Positions 1 to 11,608 of a stretch of 64,000 nt of DNA are shown one piece after another. The notes beneath the pieces are model-generated. The model made no database searches. It had not been told where the DNA came from and saw only the letters and a program-made list of their open reading frames with translations. The position numbers and the translations under genes were made by a program. The stretch is from Eledone cirrhosa (taxonomy: Eukaryota). Position 1 is the first letter of the stretch; the number at the start of each line of letters is the position of its first letter. The DNA lies in NCBI GenBank assembly GCA_964016885.1, contig OZ024764.1, positions 25,916,001 through 25,980,000 of the forward strand, read 5' to 3'.

Positions 1-8
1 TATATATG

Positions 9-807
9 TTAGGCGGAGTCTTTCTCAGATGAAGGATCAGTGGTGGAGTGAGAAAGCTGATGAGATACAAACTGCGTCAGATTCCAATAACACAAAGTTG
101 TTGTACAGTCTCTTGCGTGAAGTTTATGGACCGTCTTCTTCTCTGGTGACACCGCTTCGCAGCAAGGATGGCAAAGAACTTCTTCGTGACTCACAAGGAA
201 TTCTACGAAGGTGGCGAGGGCACTTTCATGAACTTTTGAATCAGCCGTCTGTCGTCAATGAAGATTTCCTCAATCTCATTCCAGAAAAATCCTATGAAAG
301 TAGCTCTCGCAGAATCTCCGATGCTTGTGGAGGTTGCAGTGGCTATCTCGAAGCTGAACAGTGGAAGGTCTCCAGGTATGGATGGCATACATGCGGAGCT
401 CCTACAACATGGTGGTGAGAGACTCCTGCAACATCTTCACTCTTTGTTTGGCAGGATATGGGCTAATGAATCTGTACCTGAGGACTGGAGAGATGCAGTA
501 ATGGTGGTCTTGTACAAGGGAAAAGGTACCAGGAATGATTGTGGAAACTACAGAGGTATATCATTGCTTTCTGTCGTAGGGAAAGTTTTATGTAGGGTGC
601 TTCTGGACCATCTGCTGACACACATTGCAGATTGTGTTCTTCCTGAAAGTCAATCTGGTTTTCGTGCTGGACGCGGCACTACTGATATGATCTTCTCAGA
701 TAGACAGCTCCAGTAGAAGTGCATGGAACAAGGTTTGTATCTGTATCAGGTTTTTGTCGATCTGACAAAAGCTTTCGATACTGTTAACAGAAATGCATTA
801 TGGAAGG
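9..807 (+). mobile_element. RTE-clade LINE ORF2 fragment (RT N-terminal part), frameshifted and with a stop
   Basis: ORFs 29-418 and 258-716: SPGMDGIHAELL, YKGKGTRNDCGNYRGISLLSVVGKV, ESQSGFRAGRGTTDMIF, then after a stop LYQVFVDLTKAFDTVNR. Confidence 0.85.
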
Positions 808-1153
808 AAAACTCTGATATAACACCTGCAACTCTGATGTTGACTTGTTATTCTTTTTGGTAAATATCATCTTGGTTAAGAGAGTGGGACTGGCTTTGTG
901 CAGTGCCTTTGCTCACTATAAAAGCTTCACGGCACAGGCATTGCTTTGTATCTGGAGATCTCTCTGCACTTGTCGTCACATGGTACCATGGGCCCAGCAA
1001 TATGTGTCAATAATTGTCACAAGTGTAGTGTTTGTACCAGAGTTTTCAAGTTGCTGGCTGGACTAAAAAGTCACACTCGTTCAGCGCATCGGTAGGGGTT
1101 CTCCTACATGGATATAAAGTAGTACCCGTACTCGAAAACGAGTTGGCAGCCAC
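803..1153 (+). mobile_element. 3' part of the RTE-derived non-autonomous repeat (same family as 46956-49359), followed by a (TATG/TA)n tail to about 1289
   Basis: Near-identical to the 3' part of the 46956-47567 unit; encodes [23 protein letters not shown], an RTE-type C-terminal C2H2 motif. Confidence 0.75.
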
Positions 1154-1564
1154 CATGTATGTATGTATGTATGTATATATATGTATATATGTATATATGT
1201 ATGTATATGTATGTATATATATGAGTATGTATGTGTATATATATATGTATACATGTAAGTATGTATGTATATGTATATATATGTAAGTATGTCGGATCAC
1301 TCTTGAGTGCTACTGGTAACATGTAACTCAGTACAACCTGTTGCATGGCCAGATTGTTGGCGACTAAACCGGCAACCCCACCAAGTTTACATGGTGAGGA
1401 GGTGATTTTGGACACCCTGCAGGACAAATATCAAAACCTGAGAGCGGGGAGAAAACTCATAAGAGTCAACGGCCATCCAAAATGTGTAGATATGTATATA
1501 CATGTATGCATGTGTATATATGTATATATGTATATATATGTATATATATGTATATACATGTATG

Positions 1565-3692
1565 TGTAGCGGTTGTCTCCCTTGTTTTGATTGGGATCTA
1601 GACGGGAAGTGGAACCCTTTCTGCAACTTCCGGTCAGAACCCTATAAAACTAACAACTTTAAGCTCCCTCTCTCTCTTTGCCTTTTCGGCACCAGGTCAA
1701 GAGCCTTCTCATTGGGCTCCGCCATTAATTTGGCCAACAGGCGCCTTGCCTTAGCCAGGCGTCCTCTGCCAGCCACGTTTGCCTGGCAATCAAAACGGTA
1801 ACTACTAACTTTGTTTCATTCTAACATCTATTCCTATTGACATGTCAACTATACTATCTACCATTGTTAATTAAATATTATACACACAAACCATGTCTTG
1901 TTTTGTTACATTCATACAACCTAGTATTCTCGCTATATTGGTAACCCTGACGTGATACGAACACGCAGCCGTTCATCGCTATAAGTGGTCACCCCCCCAA
2001 AAAAAGAAAAAAATAGCACATCTGGTTTTGTGAGTAACATTACGAATACACAGCAAATTTAGCGACAAACTATGAAAATACTCAAGGACACGCACACACG
2101 CACATGTGGAATTCGCACAGACAGACTTTTTCTCTCACGCATCAATTAACGGTCGCATTTCACCAATATATATATATGTTTCTCGTTTCTTACAACGAAC
2201 ACTTTCAAAACAAAAAAAAAAAAAACATTTCACGATATATATATATGTTTCTCGTTTCTTACAACGAACTCTTTCAAAACACAAAAAAAAAAAAGAAATT
2301 TGATATTCTTTAAAAAAACATTTCAACAGGAACATTTATTTTCGATGAACCATTGCCTTTTTGTTCATCGTTTTCTTCATCGTTCAAGTTTTTTTTTTTT
2401 TCCCCAAAGTTCACACCAATAATTATGCTGAGTGAAGCCTTTCTTTTTCATCATTGTCACTTTCAAAATTGCACTATCATTTTCTCGCGCGTTAGAAATA
2501 TTATTTTTTTTCAACCTTGTATTGGCACGTGTAGGCAGCATAAATTCTCGATTCACAGAGATGTCTCTACTCACAGACAGCCGCACGCCAGAGATAACAT
2601 TTCTCACCAGGGATTCTTCAGCCTTAAGCTATATTCTTCTATTTGCCGGTTTATAAATTTACAATGTTAATTTACCGTTGATAACCGCGCATTTATTAAG
2701 AATGCTTATTTCTCTGGTCGCTGGCCTCTTGACCCTTCCAGGTCAACGCATTCTCAACATCGACCATCAACTTCGGCTGCTATTTCTAGCACTTTGCGCA
2801 ACTCATTTTTTCTAAAAAAAAATGTTTTTACTGTGAATTTAAACACCGAATACGCTCACTCAGCGAGACAACAGCAGCAGCAACAGCAATATAACAGCAA
2901 CAGCAATACATCAATACAGCTTCACCAAAGCCAGAGAATTCATTTTTGCAGCACTCTTCCTGTGAGAAAATCCATTCGGAGGTTGGAAATTTCACGATAT
3001 ACCACAGAACAGAAACCACCTGCATTCATTCTCTGGAACACACTTTCTTTCCTGCTGTCATGTGATTGCACACCTGTGAACTATATTTTGAACTTTGAGC
3101 TCTTCTATTACCTTTACTTTATTACATTGTATCTTTGGGTGATGGATAGATGGATGTCCAGTCGTTCTCTGGCCAAGAGCGGTTGGCTACCTTGATATCT
3201 ATCATTGATTTTTCCAAACATTCTTTTGTCGTAATTTTCATGCCTGTTACAACATTCTCGCCAACTTGCTACATATTTTCATTTCGATTTTTATACACTA
3301 AAATTCTGGCGGGAGGTTATGTAGCGGTTGTCTCCCTTGTTTTGATTGGGATCTAGACGGGAAGTGGAACCCTTTCTGCAACTTCCGGTCAGAACCCTAT
3401 AAAACTAACAACTTTAAGCTCCCTCTCTCTCTTTGCCTTTTCGGCACCAGGTCAAGAGCCTTCTCATTGGGCTCCGCCATTAATTTGGCCAACAGGCGCC
3501 TGGCCTTAGCCAGGCGTCCTCTGCCAGCCGCGTTTGCCTGGCAATCAAAACGGTAACTACTAACTTTGTTTCATTCTAGCATCTATTCCTATTGACATGT
3601 CAACTATACTATCTACCATTGTTAATTAGATATTATACACACAAACCATGTCTCGTTTTGTTACATTCATACAACCTAGTATTCTCGCTATA
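1565..3692 (+). mobile_element. Non-autonomous LTR retrotransposon (TRIM/LARD-like): 373-bp LTRs, about 1.38-kb non-coding interior
   Basis: LTR1 1565-1937 and LTR2 3320-3692 (tgtagcg...cgctata; 5 differences counted by eye); 4-bp TSD TATG at 1561-1564 and 3693-3696; PBS at 1939; purine tract ggcgggagg just before LTR2; no gag/pol ORF. Confidence 0.92.
1939..1970 (+). promoter_or_regulatory. Primer-binding site complementary to the tRNA-Trp 3' end, extended to 32 nt
   Basis: tggtaaccctgacgtgat-acgaacacgcagcc versus the recalled reverse complement of metazoan tRNA-Trp, TGGTGACCCCGACGTGAT-TCGAACACGCAACC. Confidence 0.85.
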
Positions 3693-4224
3693 TATGCATG
3701 TGTATGTATATGCGCGGGGACATAGAAATAGTCGAGCTAGATACCCGATTGTGCGGTTAAACCAATGGGAGTGAAGGACCCCTAGCCTTTGTCAGGGCAT
3801 TCTTCTAGGAGGAGGTAACTCAGGAAACTGGGATAACTCCGACATAAAACCTGCGGCTCAGTAGTTACCGATGATGTTGATCTTTTCTTTTTTTCGGGTT
3901 ATAGCTACTGTCTCTCAGAGAGTGGGATTGGCTCAGTGCACAGTCTTTCCTCACTTTAAAAAAACATCTTTACGCACTGGCATTGGACAATGGCATTAAT
4001 TGATAATTATTAATAATTGTTTCTACTTTTGGCACAAGGCCAGCAAATACCCAGTACATTGCTAGTACTAATAATATTATATCATGCAATGACCATACTC
4101 GATAATGAGGGATACGAAGCTGAAGGTGTATCTTGGATACTGAATCTGCAAACTCCTCATCAATGGTCCTTAGATGTCCTCCTCCTTATGTATTTTTCTT
4201 ACAATTTTGACATCAAGTAGTATG

Positions 4225-4272
<48 letters not shown>

Positions 4273-4475
4273 TATGTATACGTACATACATATATGTATA
4301 CAGACGTACAGTATTATATATATATATATACATACATGCACACATATATATATATGTACGTATGGATTCACCGAATATTTATTATAATGCTCGTTGTGTT
4401 TGTAAACAAACATCCCGTATGAAGCCGTAGTGTCTAGCAACCACCGTTGCTCGTTTGTTCAACACTGACAAAGGA

Positions 4476-4518
4476 ACGCTGTACAAGTTTCAAGCTTATT
4501 AGCTATCGTCAGCAACGT
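4476..4518 (-). ncRNA. Minimal type-I hammerhead ribozyme motif in a ~335-bp insert (probable Penelope pLTR remnant)
   Basis: Minus strand: acgttg CUGACGA u-agcu-aaua-agcu-u GAAA c uu GUA cagcgt; stem I acguug/cagcgu; GUA cleavage triplet. Confidence 0.7.
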
Positions 4519-4825
4519 ATACCTTCCTGCCAGATGATTGAACGTCCGAAAGTATATACTTTCCTTATGCATATTAACGGCTGAGTAGCCTAATTTGCAT
4601 ATCGAGTGAGTTAATCGGTCGGGTGCACCGAAAACGATAAACGGAAAGAATGAAACGAAATTTCATTTCCCACTCTTAGTACGGCTGTTACTTAAATATA
4701 AGTATGTATACGTACATACATATATGTATACAGACGTACAGTAGTATGTATATATATATACATACATGCACACATATATATGTACAGCCACCGGAAATAA
4801 CATCTGTGAAATATACAGCGCCACC

Positions 4826-5010
4826 TATCTGTATCAGGTGTTTGTCGATCTGACAAAAGCTTTCGATACTGTTAACAGAAATGCATTATGGAAGGTTCTC
4901 CAGAAACTTGGTTGCTCTGATAAGTTCCTTGCTTTAGTTAGGTCTTTCCATGACGACATGAAAGCTTGGGTTAATGTCGGAGGTAACATGTAGGAGCCTA
5001 TTTCAGCGGG
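4826..5010 (+). mobile_element. Continuation of the RTE RT fragment
   Basis: YLYQVFVDLTKAFDTVNRNALWKVLQKLGCSDKFLALVRSFHDDM; the first 70 bp duplicate 738-807. Confidence 0.8.
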
Positions 5011-5427
5011 AAACAAAAGAACCCTTAAAAGCTACCAGAATAAACGACTACACAGCGGCTAAACATCAAACGATTATTTCTGTATAAATAGAGTGGTTCC
5101 AAACACTTCAGCAGTCGACATTTGGCAGAGTCAATTCGCGCATCGTTGTTCCTCGCCTCTGCCACGCTTTGTCACTCACACACGCCTTGTACCTCGTATC
5201 GTCGCTTCATGTGAAAATAAATAGCTGATCGAATTTACATCTCGCCTTGCTTTCGTCTGTCCATCCTCAACAGTTCTTTTAAGGGCTATATGCGACAACA
5301 GTCCTTTTAAGGGCTATTCTCGGATCTGATCGGAAGTAGTGACTAGACTGACTAACCACGTCGCTACAATTGGTGACCCAAACGTGAGTTGAACGCGCAA
5401 CCAGACAGCACCTAAGAAGATATCAAC

Positions 5428-6300
5428 ATGGACATGTCACAAACGACAGAGGTCGAGATACCAACCACACAAGCGACGTTAACATTGTAAGTCCCCGTTT
5501 TTTGGTCCAACGACCCGACTCTGTGGTTCGCTCACATAGAAGCGCAATTCGCCGCAAACAGAATTAAGAGCGATTCCGCAAAGCTCACCTACATCATTGG
5601 GTCTGTCCAGCCAGAAGTCTTGGCTGAGGTGAGGGACCTCGTCATGGCACCGCCGGGAACGGTGTCATATGAATCATTCCGCAAGGAATTGGTCAAGCGG
5701 ACGACCGCGTCACAGCAGAGACAACTCAACCAACTCGTGTCTGCAGAAGAATTGGGGGACAGAAAACCGTCCCAACTATTGCGGCGAAAGATGAGACAAC
5801 TGATGGAGGACCAGCCGCTTTCAGAAGATCTGCTGAAACGGCTGTTTATACAGCGCTTGCCCTTATCGATGCAGAGCATTCTGGCGTCAACGAACGAGTC
5901 AGCAACCCCGGAGGAACTGGCGAGTGTCGCAGATAAGATCGCTGAGGTATCAAACCCTTTTGCCTCAGTAGCACAGGTAGATCGTCGGACGAACCCTTAC
6001 GTAGCGTCCTCGGACTCCACCTCCGAGATTTCAGAGCTGCGGGCTATGATCAGAGAGCAGGCTGGTCAAATTAAAGCCCTCTCAAACCAATTAGAGAGCA
6101 TGACCTTGCAAACACACCGGCGGCGCAGCAACAGTCGGTCCAGGCCCTTTCACCGTCGAAGATCGAGAAGTCCCAGTCAAAATCGTGTGTCTGGCAACCT
6201 CTGCTGGTATCACGAAGAATTTGGCGCACGGGCATCTAAGTGTAGGGCCCCGTGCTCTTTCCAGAATACCACCCAGGGAAACGGACAGACCAGGGCCTAG
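5428..6300 (+). pseudogene. gag: Gypsy gag with one in-frame stop (TAA 5488-5490)
   Basis: PVFWSNDPTLWFAHIEAQF N-terminal motif, LGDRKPSQLLR, C-terminal [19 protein letters not shown] (CHCC). Confidence 0.85.
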
Positions 6301-8705
6301 CGATGACGTTCACCCCTGGTACTGAAAATAAAAGTCGTCTATTTTTTATTAACGACCAGGCGACAGGCATCCGTTACCTCATGGATACAGGAGCCAAGGT
6401 TAGTGTTATTCCTGTTTCACTAATCTCGGGCAAAAGACACCCAACCCCGTCCTTTCTGCAGGCAGTGAACCGATCGTCAATTCCGATTTTCGGGGAAAAA
6501 TCACTGACCCTCAATTTAGGCCTGAGGCGGCGTTATCAATGGGTGTTCGTCGTGGCAGATCTGCCGACCCCTATCCTAGGAGCCGATTTTCTCCACCACT
6601 TCAACCTTCTGGTGGATATGAAGAACCGGAGGCTTATCGACACTACCACAAACCTCACTGTGAGAGGTATATTTACCACGCAATCCACAGTGAGCCCTGT
6701 AATTTGCCAGTCAGAGCCTTCGTGGTACAACGGCATTCTCCAGAAATACCCAGACATCACTCGCCCGGTATTTAAGGATGGTCCTATTAAGCATAGTGTC
6801 ACGCACCACATCGAGACAAGAGGACCACCCACAGCTGCCCGACCAAGGAGACTGCCTCCAGACCGATTGAGAATCGCCAAGCAGGAGTTCCAACACATGC
6901 TGGACCTCGGAATCATTCGCCCTTCCTCCAGCAACTGGTCTGCACCCCTACACCTTGTTCCAAACAAAAACGAGAATGATTGGCGACCATGTGGGGATTA
7001 TCGTGCACTTAACAATTCTACAGTGCCCGATAATTACCCTGTACCTCACCTGCACGATTTTTCTGCCTCTCTGCAAGGCGCACGCATCTTTTCCAAGGTA
7101 GATTTGGTGCGTTCATATAACCAGATACCTATGGAGCCTGCAGACATTCCGAAGACCCCAATCACAACACCGTTCAGTTTATTCGAATTCCTGCGAATGA
7201 CGTTCGGTCTGCGCAACACTGCACACACTTTTCAGCGGTTTATTGACACCGTGTTACGCGATCTACCCTTCGTATACGCGTATATTGACGACGTGCTGGT
7301 AGCAAGTACTTCCGAGCAAGAGCACGAGAAGCACTTAGATCTCCTTTTCCAACGTTTGGCTGAGTACGGTATCATCATCAACCCCAGCAAGTACCTTCTC
7401 GGCGTTCCTTCACTGTCCTTCCTCGGGCACATCATTGATAAAGACGGCATTCGTCCACTTCCCAAGAAAGTAGAAGCTATCCGCAGTTTTCCCGCACCTA
7501 CATCACTTCGGAAACTGCGTGAATTCCTCCGTCTGGTGAATTTTTATAGGCGGTTCATCCCTCATTGTTCCGTCGCAGCCAGACTCCTCACGGACCTTCT
7601 TCGTAACCGGACTCGCAAAAACGAAGAGATCACTCTGAACGAGGAAGAATTAACATCTTTTAACCGCCCGAAGGAAATGTTAGCAAACGCTCCCATGCTC
7701 GTTTTCCCCAGGTCTGGCGCTCCTCTTTCGCTGCTAGTGGACGCATCAGACACGGGGGTTGGAGGCGTTCTACAACAACATGTCGACGGCGTGTGGCAAC
7801 CCTTATCCTTCTTTTCTAAGCGGTTGCAACCGGCAGAAACGAAATACAGCACCTTTGGCCGCGAACTCTTGGCAACCTATCTTTCGGTTAAGCATTTTCG
7901 GCACATGCTCGAAGGATCAGATTTCGTGATCTACACGGACCATAAACCATTAGTTTATGCGTTCCGTACCAAACCTGATCGACATTCACCGAGAGAACTC
8001 CGACACCTGGATTTTGTCTCCCAATATTCAACTGATATTCGGCATATCAAGGGATCAGACAACGTAGCAGCCGACGCCCTGTCCCGAATCCAGCTGAACG
8101 CAATACATGTGCATTCAGGCATCGACCTTCAACAGATCGCAGCTGAACGAAGAGTTTATCAAGCTCCGAGATTCGCCATCCCTCAAGTTTCAGCAAGTTC
8201 CCATTCCTTCTTCTCCGGGACAAATTTGGTACGACTTTTCTACCGGTCATGAACGACCGTACGTACCACAGATGCATCGTCGACAAGTTTTTTCTGCTTT
8301 ACACTGCTTGTCTCACCCGGGAATCCGGGCTACACAGAAACTCATCTCTGCTCGTTTTGTGTGGACTAACATTAACAAGGACGTGCGTGACTGGTCCAGG
8401 AGCTGCATTGCCTGCCAGAAAGCCAAAGTTCACAGACACATCAAAACTCCACTCAGCACATTCGCGCAATCTGATGCACGTTTTCATCATGTGCATATCG
8501 ACATCGTCGGACCTCTACAACCATCACATACCTACACACACTTGCTCACCTGCATAGATCGATTTTCCCGTTGGCCTGAGGCTTTTCCCATAAATGATAC
8601 CTCAGCGGAAACAGTCGCTAAAACTTTGGTTTTACACTGGGTATCACGTTATGGCGCCCCAGCGAAGATAACGGACAGAGGACGCCAGTTTGACTCCCAC
8701 CTCTT
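6252..8705 (+). pseudogene. pol: Gypsy pol (protease, RT, RNase H, integrase); frameshift near 8140; integrase truncated
   Basis: [56 protein letters not shown]...CIAC, HIDIVGPL, IDRFSRWPEA, ITDRGRQF. Confidence 0.92.
6276..6321 (+). promoter_or_regulatory. Candidate -1 programmed ribosomal frameshift signal (gag-pol)
   Basis: G GGA AAC slippery heptamer (6276-6282) in the gag frame, followed by stem accaggg/ccctggt; pol is in the -1 frame. Confidence 0.7.
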
Positions 8706-9215
8706 CTACTTGGGGTTGCAACCGATAGAAAGTATTAGCAATTAGAAAGACCAACGGAAACATTGTTTCCCCGGTCCGATTTGACGAAATTCAATCGACT
8801 GTATGTATGTATCTATATATGTAAGTATGTATGTGTATGTATGCACAGGGACATGGAAATATTAAGTTTGGTACCTGAGCACCCAGCTCAGCAGGGGGGA
8901 GGGTCCTTTATGGTAGAGGCCAGTGGTAGCACCTCTTACTGGTGTAGTAAGAGAGAGTCTGGTGTAGATTTGGCAGAACTCCTCTGTGGAGTTAATGACA
9001 GGTTTATGTATGTGACTCTTCTGTTAGTGCAGAGGTTCTCAGTGTGGGTGCTATCGCCCCCAGGGGGCGTTGAGAAGGTCCGGGGCATGCTGGGGTCTAA
9101 TGACATAGTAGTGATGATATAATAGTATATTAAATATCAAATGATACATATATATATATAGTAAAATAAAAAGTATATAATATTTATTTATTCATATTAT
9201 ATATTATATTATTTA

Positions 9216-10393
9216 TCTATATATATAAAGCTGATGTTGTCTGTGTGTGTGTGAGTCCTAATTTTTGCAAAGTCTATACACATCCACATTTCTACTCCAA
9301 TTGACTTCAAACTTGCATTTATATATTCCTTGCGGTCTAAAGATATTAACTGCAGCTTTTATTTTTCAATTTTCTTTTGTTAAAGGGGTGCTAGGCGCCG
9401 GTTATCCATCTCTGTCACGCCCTTATAATATCTGTCTGTATGCCTGGCTGTCTGCATTACGACATATTGACGAACATTGATGACGTATTATGTTGGCTAT
9501 TATCCGTTCATTGCCAGGGAACGTCTTCACGAACAAAAGTATCGTTTTCCTGTTTCCCTTCGGTTGCAACGTTTTTCGAAATATTTACTTCTACGTTCAC
9601 AGATTGATGTGTTTAGTTTCAGAAGATCCTGTTAAGGGTGAAAGCAACAATTCTTTGCTTAAACTTTAATCTGTTATTTTAATATATAAAATAAGCGAGG
9701 CAAGCCAGCCCAGTTGCACTTCTTGCCAATAAACATTAACCCTTTGTGCGCCATTCATCTAACTGTAGACCAACAAATACCAACTAAACGGAACATTGAC
9801 AAGAACGATGGCAAATGAATCTACGAAGTGAACAGTTTCCTCCCGAGCTGTTACTTCACGCGGGATTCACTGCTATACCTTTTCGTAATAATACCGAACA
9901 ACGTACTGTTGCTCACCCCTTCCCCCAAAATCCGTACAAAGCGGACATGTGCATCGGGCAGATGGATCGAGTGCAAATCTACACCAGGCCTACGCGAGAC
10001 ATTCGCAAGGGACTGTACCGGGGGGGGGGGGGGATAGAGAGAAAGAGTAACTTAGTGGAAAGAGTGCAAATGAACTTTTGAGGTAAGTAGCCTACGCCTT
10101 ACTGCTATTGCACTGGAACCTTCTGCCAACTTAACCTGTGACTTTCTCTTTCACATTTACTCCAAAAGGACAAAACAGAGGAGTATGAAAAGAAGGGGCT
10201 CAACAATATTTCTATGAACAATGCATGTAGACAGCTAAACTGTACTTTCAAATTCTTAATTTTTTCCAAATAAAACAAGTTTCCTGTCGGTATATGTTCG
10301 TGAGTTTTTAACAGGCACTCATAAATAAACGTTTCTCATTGGAGGTGCTATTACCAATGTTCTTACCCGTGCAACGCCGGGATACACTGCTAG
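9216..10393 (+). mobile_element. Non-autonomous Helitron-type element
   Basis: A|TC 5' end (tctatatatataaagctg), 3' hairpin cccgtgcaacgccggg (10366-10381), CTAG|T end. Confidence 0.75.
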
Positions 10394-10599
10394 TTATATA
10401 TAAATTAACGATTTATTTACTGTTTACAATTTGTGTGTAGGCGGGTGTCTCTGGAAATAGGGAGGGGGGCGGTGGTGGCCACCAAAGTTTGAGAACCTCT
10501 GGGTTAGTGAATGGCAGATATATGACCCTTGTTAGCATTTAACCCCTCACTATGTCTGCACCTGAGCAAGGGAGGGTTTCTCTGAAAGAAGTCTAAAAG

Positions 10600-11398
10600 G
10601 TATCCCACATAACATTTACATTACTCTATATATACTAATGTATTTTCACAGTAAACGCTTTACCTCACATAATATCTCACATAACATTTACATTACTCTA
10701 TATATACTATTGTATTGTCACAGTAAAGGCTTTACCTCACATAATATCTCACATAACATTTACATTACTCTATATATACTATTGTATTGTCACAGTAAAG
10801 GCTTTACCTCACATAATATCTCACATAACATTTACATTACTCTATATATACTATTGTATTTTCACAGTAAAGGCTTTACCTCACATATCTCACATAACAT
10901 TTACATTACTCTATATATACTATTGTATTTTCACAGTAAAGGCTTTACCTCACATATCTCACATAACATTTACATTACTCTATATATACTATTGTATTTT
11001 CACAGTAAAGGCTTTACCTCACATAATATCTCACATAATATTTACATTACTCTACATATACTATTGTATTTTCACAGTAAAGGCTTTACCTCACATAATA
11101 TCCCACATAACATTTACATTACTCTATATATACTAATGTATTTTCACAGTAAAGGCTTTACCTTACATAATATCTCACATAACATTTACATTACTCTATA
11201 TATACTATTGTATTTTCACAGTAAAGGCTTTACCTCACATATCTCACATAACATTTACATTACTCTATATATACTATTGTATTTTCACAGTAAAGGCGTT
11301 ACCTCACATAATATCTCACATAACATTTACATTACTCTATATATACTATTGTATTTTCACAGTAAAGGCTTTACGTTACATAATATCTCACATAACAT
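10600..11398 (+). repeat. 72-bp (some 69-bp) minisatellite, left block
   Basis: Unit ttactctatatatactattgtattttcacagtaaaggctttacctcacataatatctcacataacatttaca, about 11 copies; resumes at 17026-17220 and 19307-19716. Confidence 0.95.
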
Positions 11399-11608
11399 CT
11401 CGTATACGAGAAACGTGTTTTGACGTGTGTGAACAAGCTCGGCTACCGAGTCGGATTTACTTACTCAAAAGTGAGTTTTGATTAATTTTTTTATACTGTA
11501 ATATACGTTAACCCCTTGCCTTGGTCGTCAAACTTTGAGTTTATTTATTTTCGCCCCTTTTTGGGGCGAATTTTCCAGTTAAAAATTTATTACGGCAAAC
11601 TAATAGAA

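Larger units (their letters stand above)
1290..3990 (+). mobile_element. Related RTE-5'UTR-like short repeat (family B), split by the LTR element inserted in its internal microsatellite
   Basis: 1290-1490 plus 3750-3920 are colinear with the uninterrupted copy at about 20388-20820. Confidence 0.65.
5011..8705 (+). mobile_element. Ty3/Gypsy LTR retrotransposon, CsRn1/Kabuki/Boudicca-like, 3'-truncated, no 3' LTR
   Basis: 5' LTR ends ...cgctaca at 5368; tRNA-Trp-like PBS tggtgacccaaacgtga at 5371; gag with CHCC motif; pol order PR-RT-RH-IN; 5' LTR start uncertain. Confidence 0.9.

Noticed and set aside
4593-4600. Octamer motif atttgcat
   Set aside because: A single 8-mer is expected by chance in 64 kb of AT-rich DNA; no snRNA gene nearby
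10638-11423. 261-aa ORF of 24-aa repeats
   Set aside because: By-product of a 72/69-bp minisatellite that lacks stops in one frame; the unit derives from a MITE
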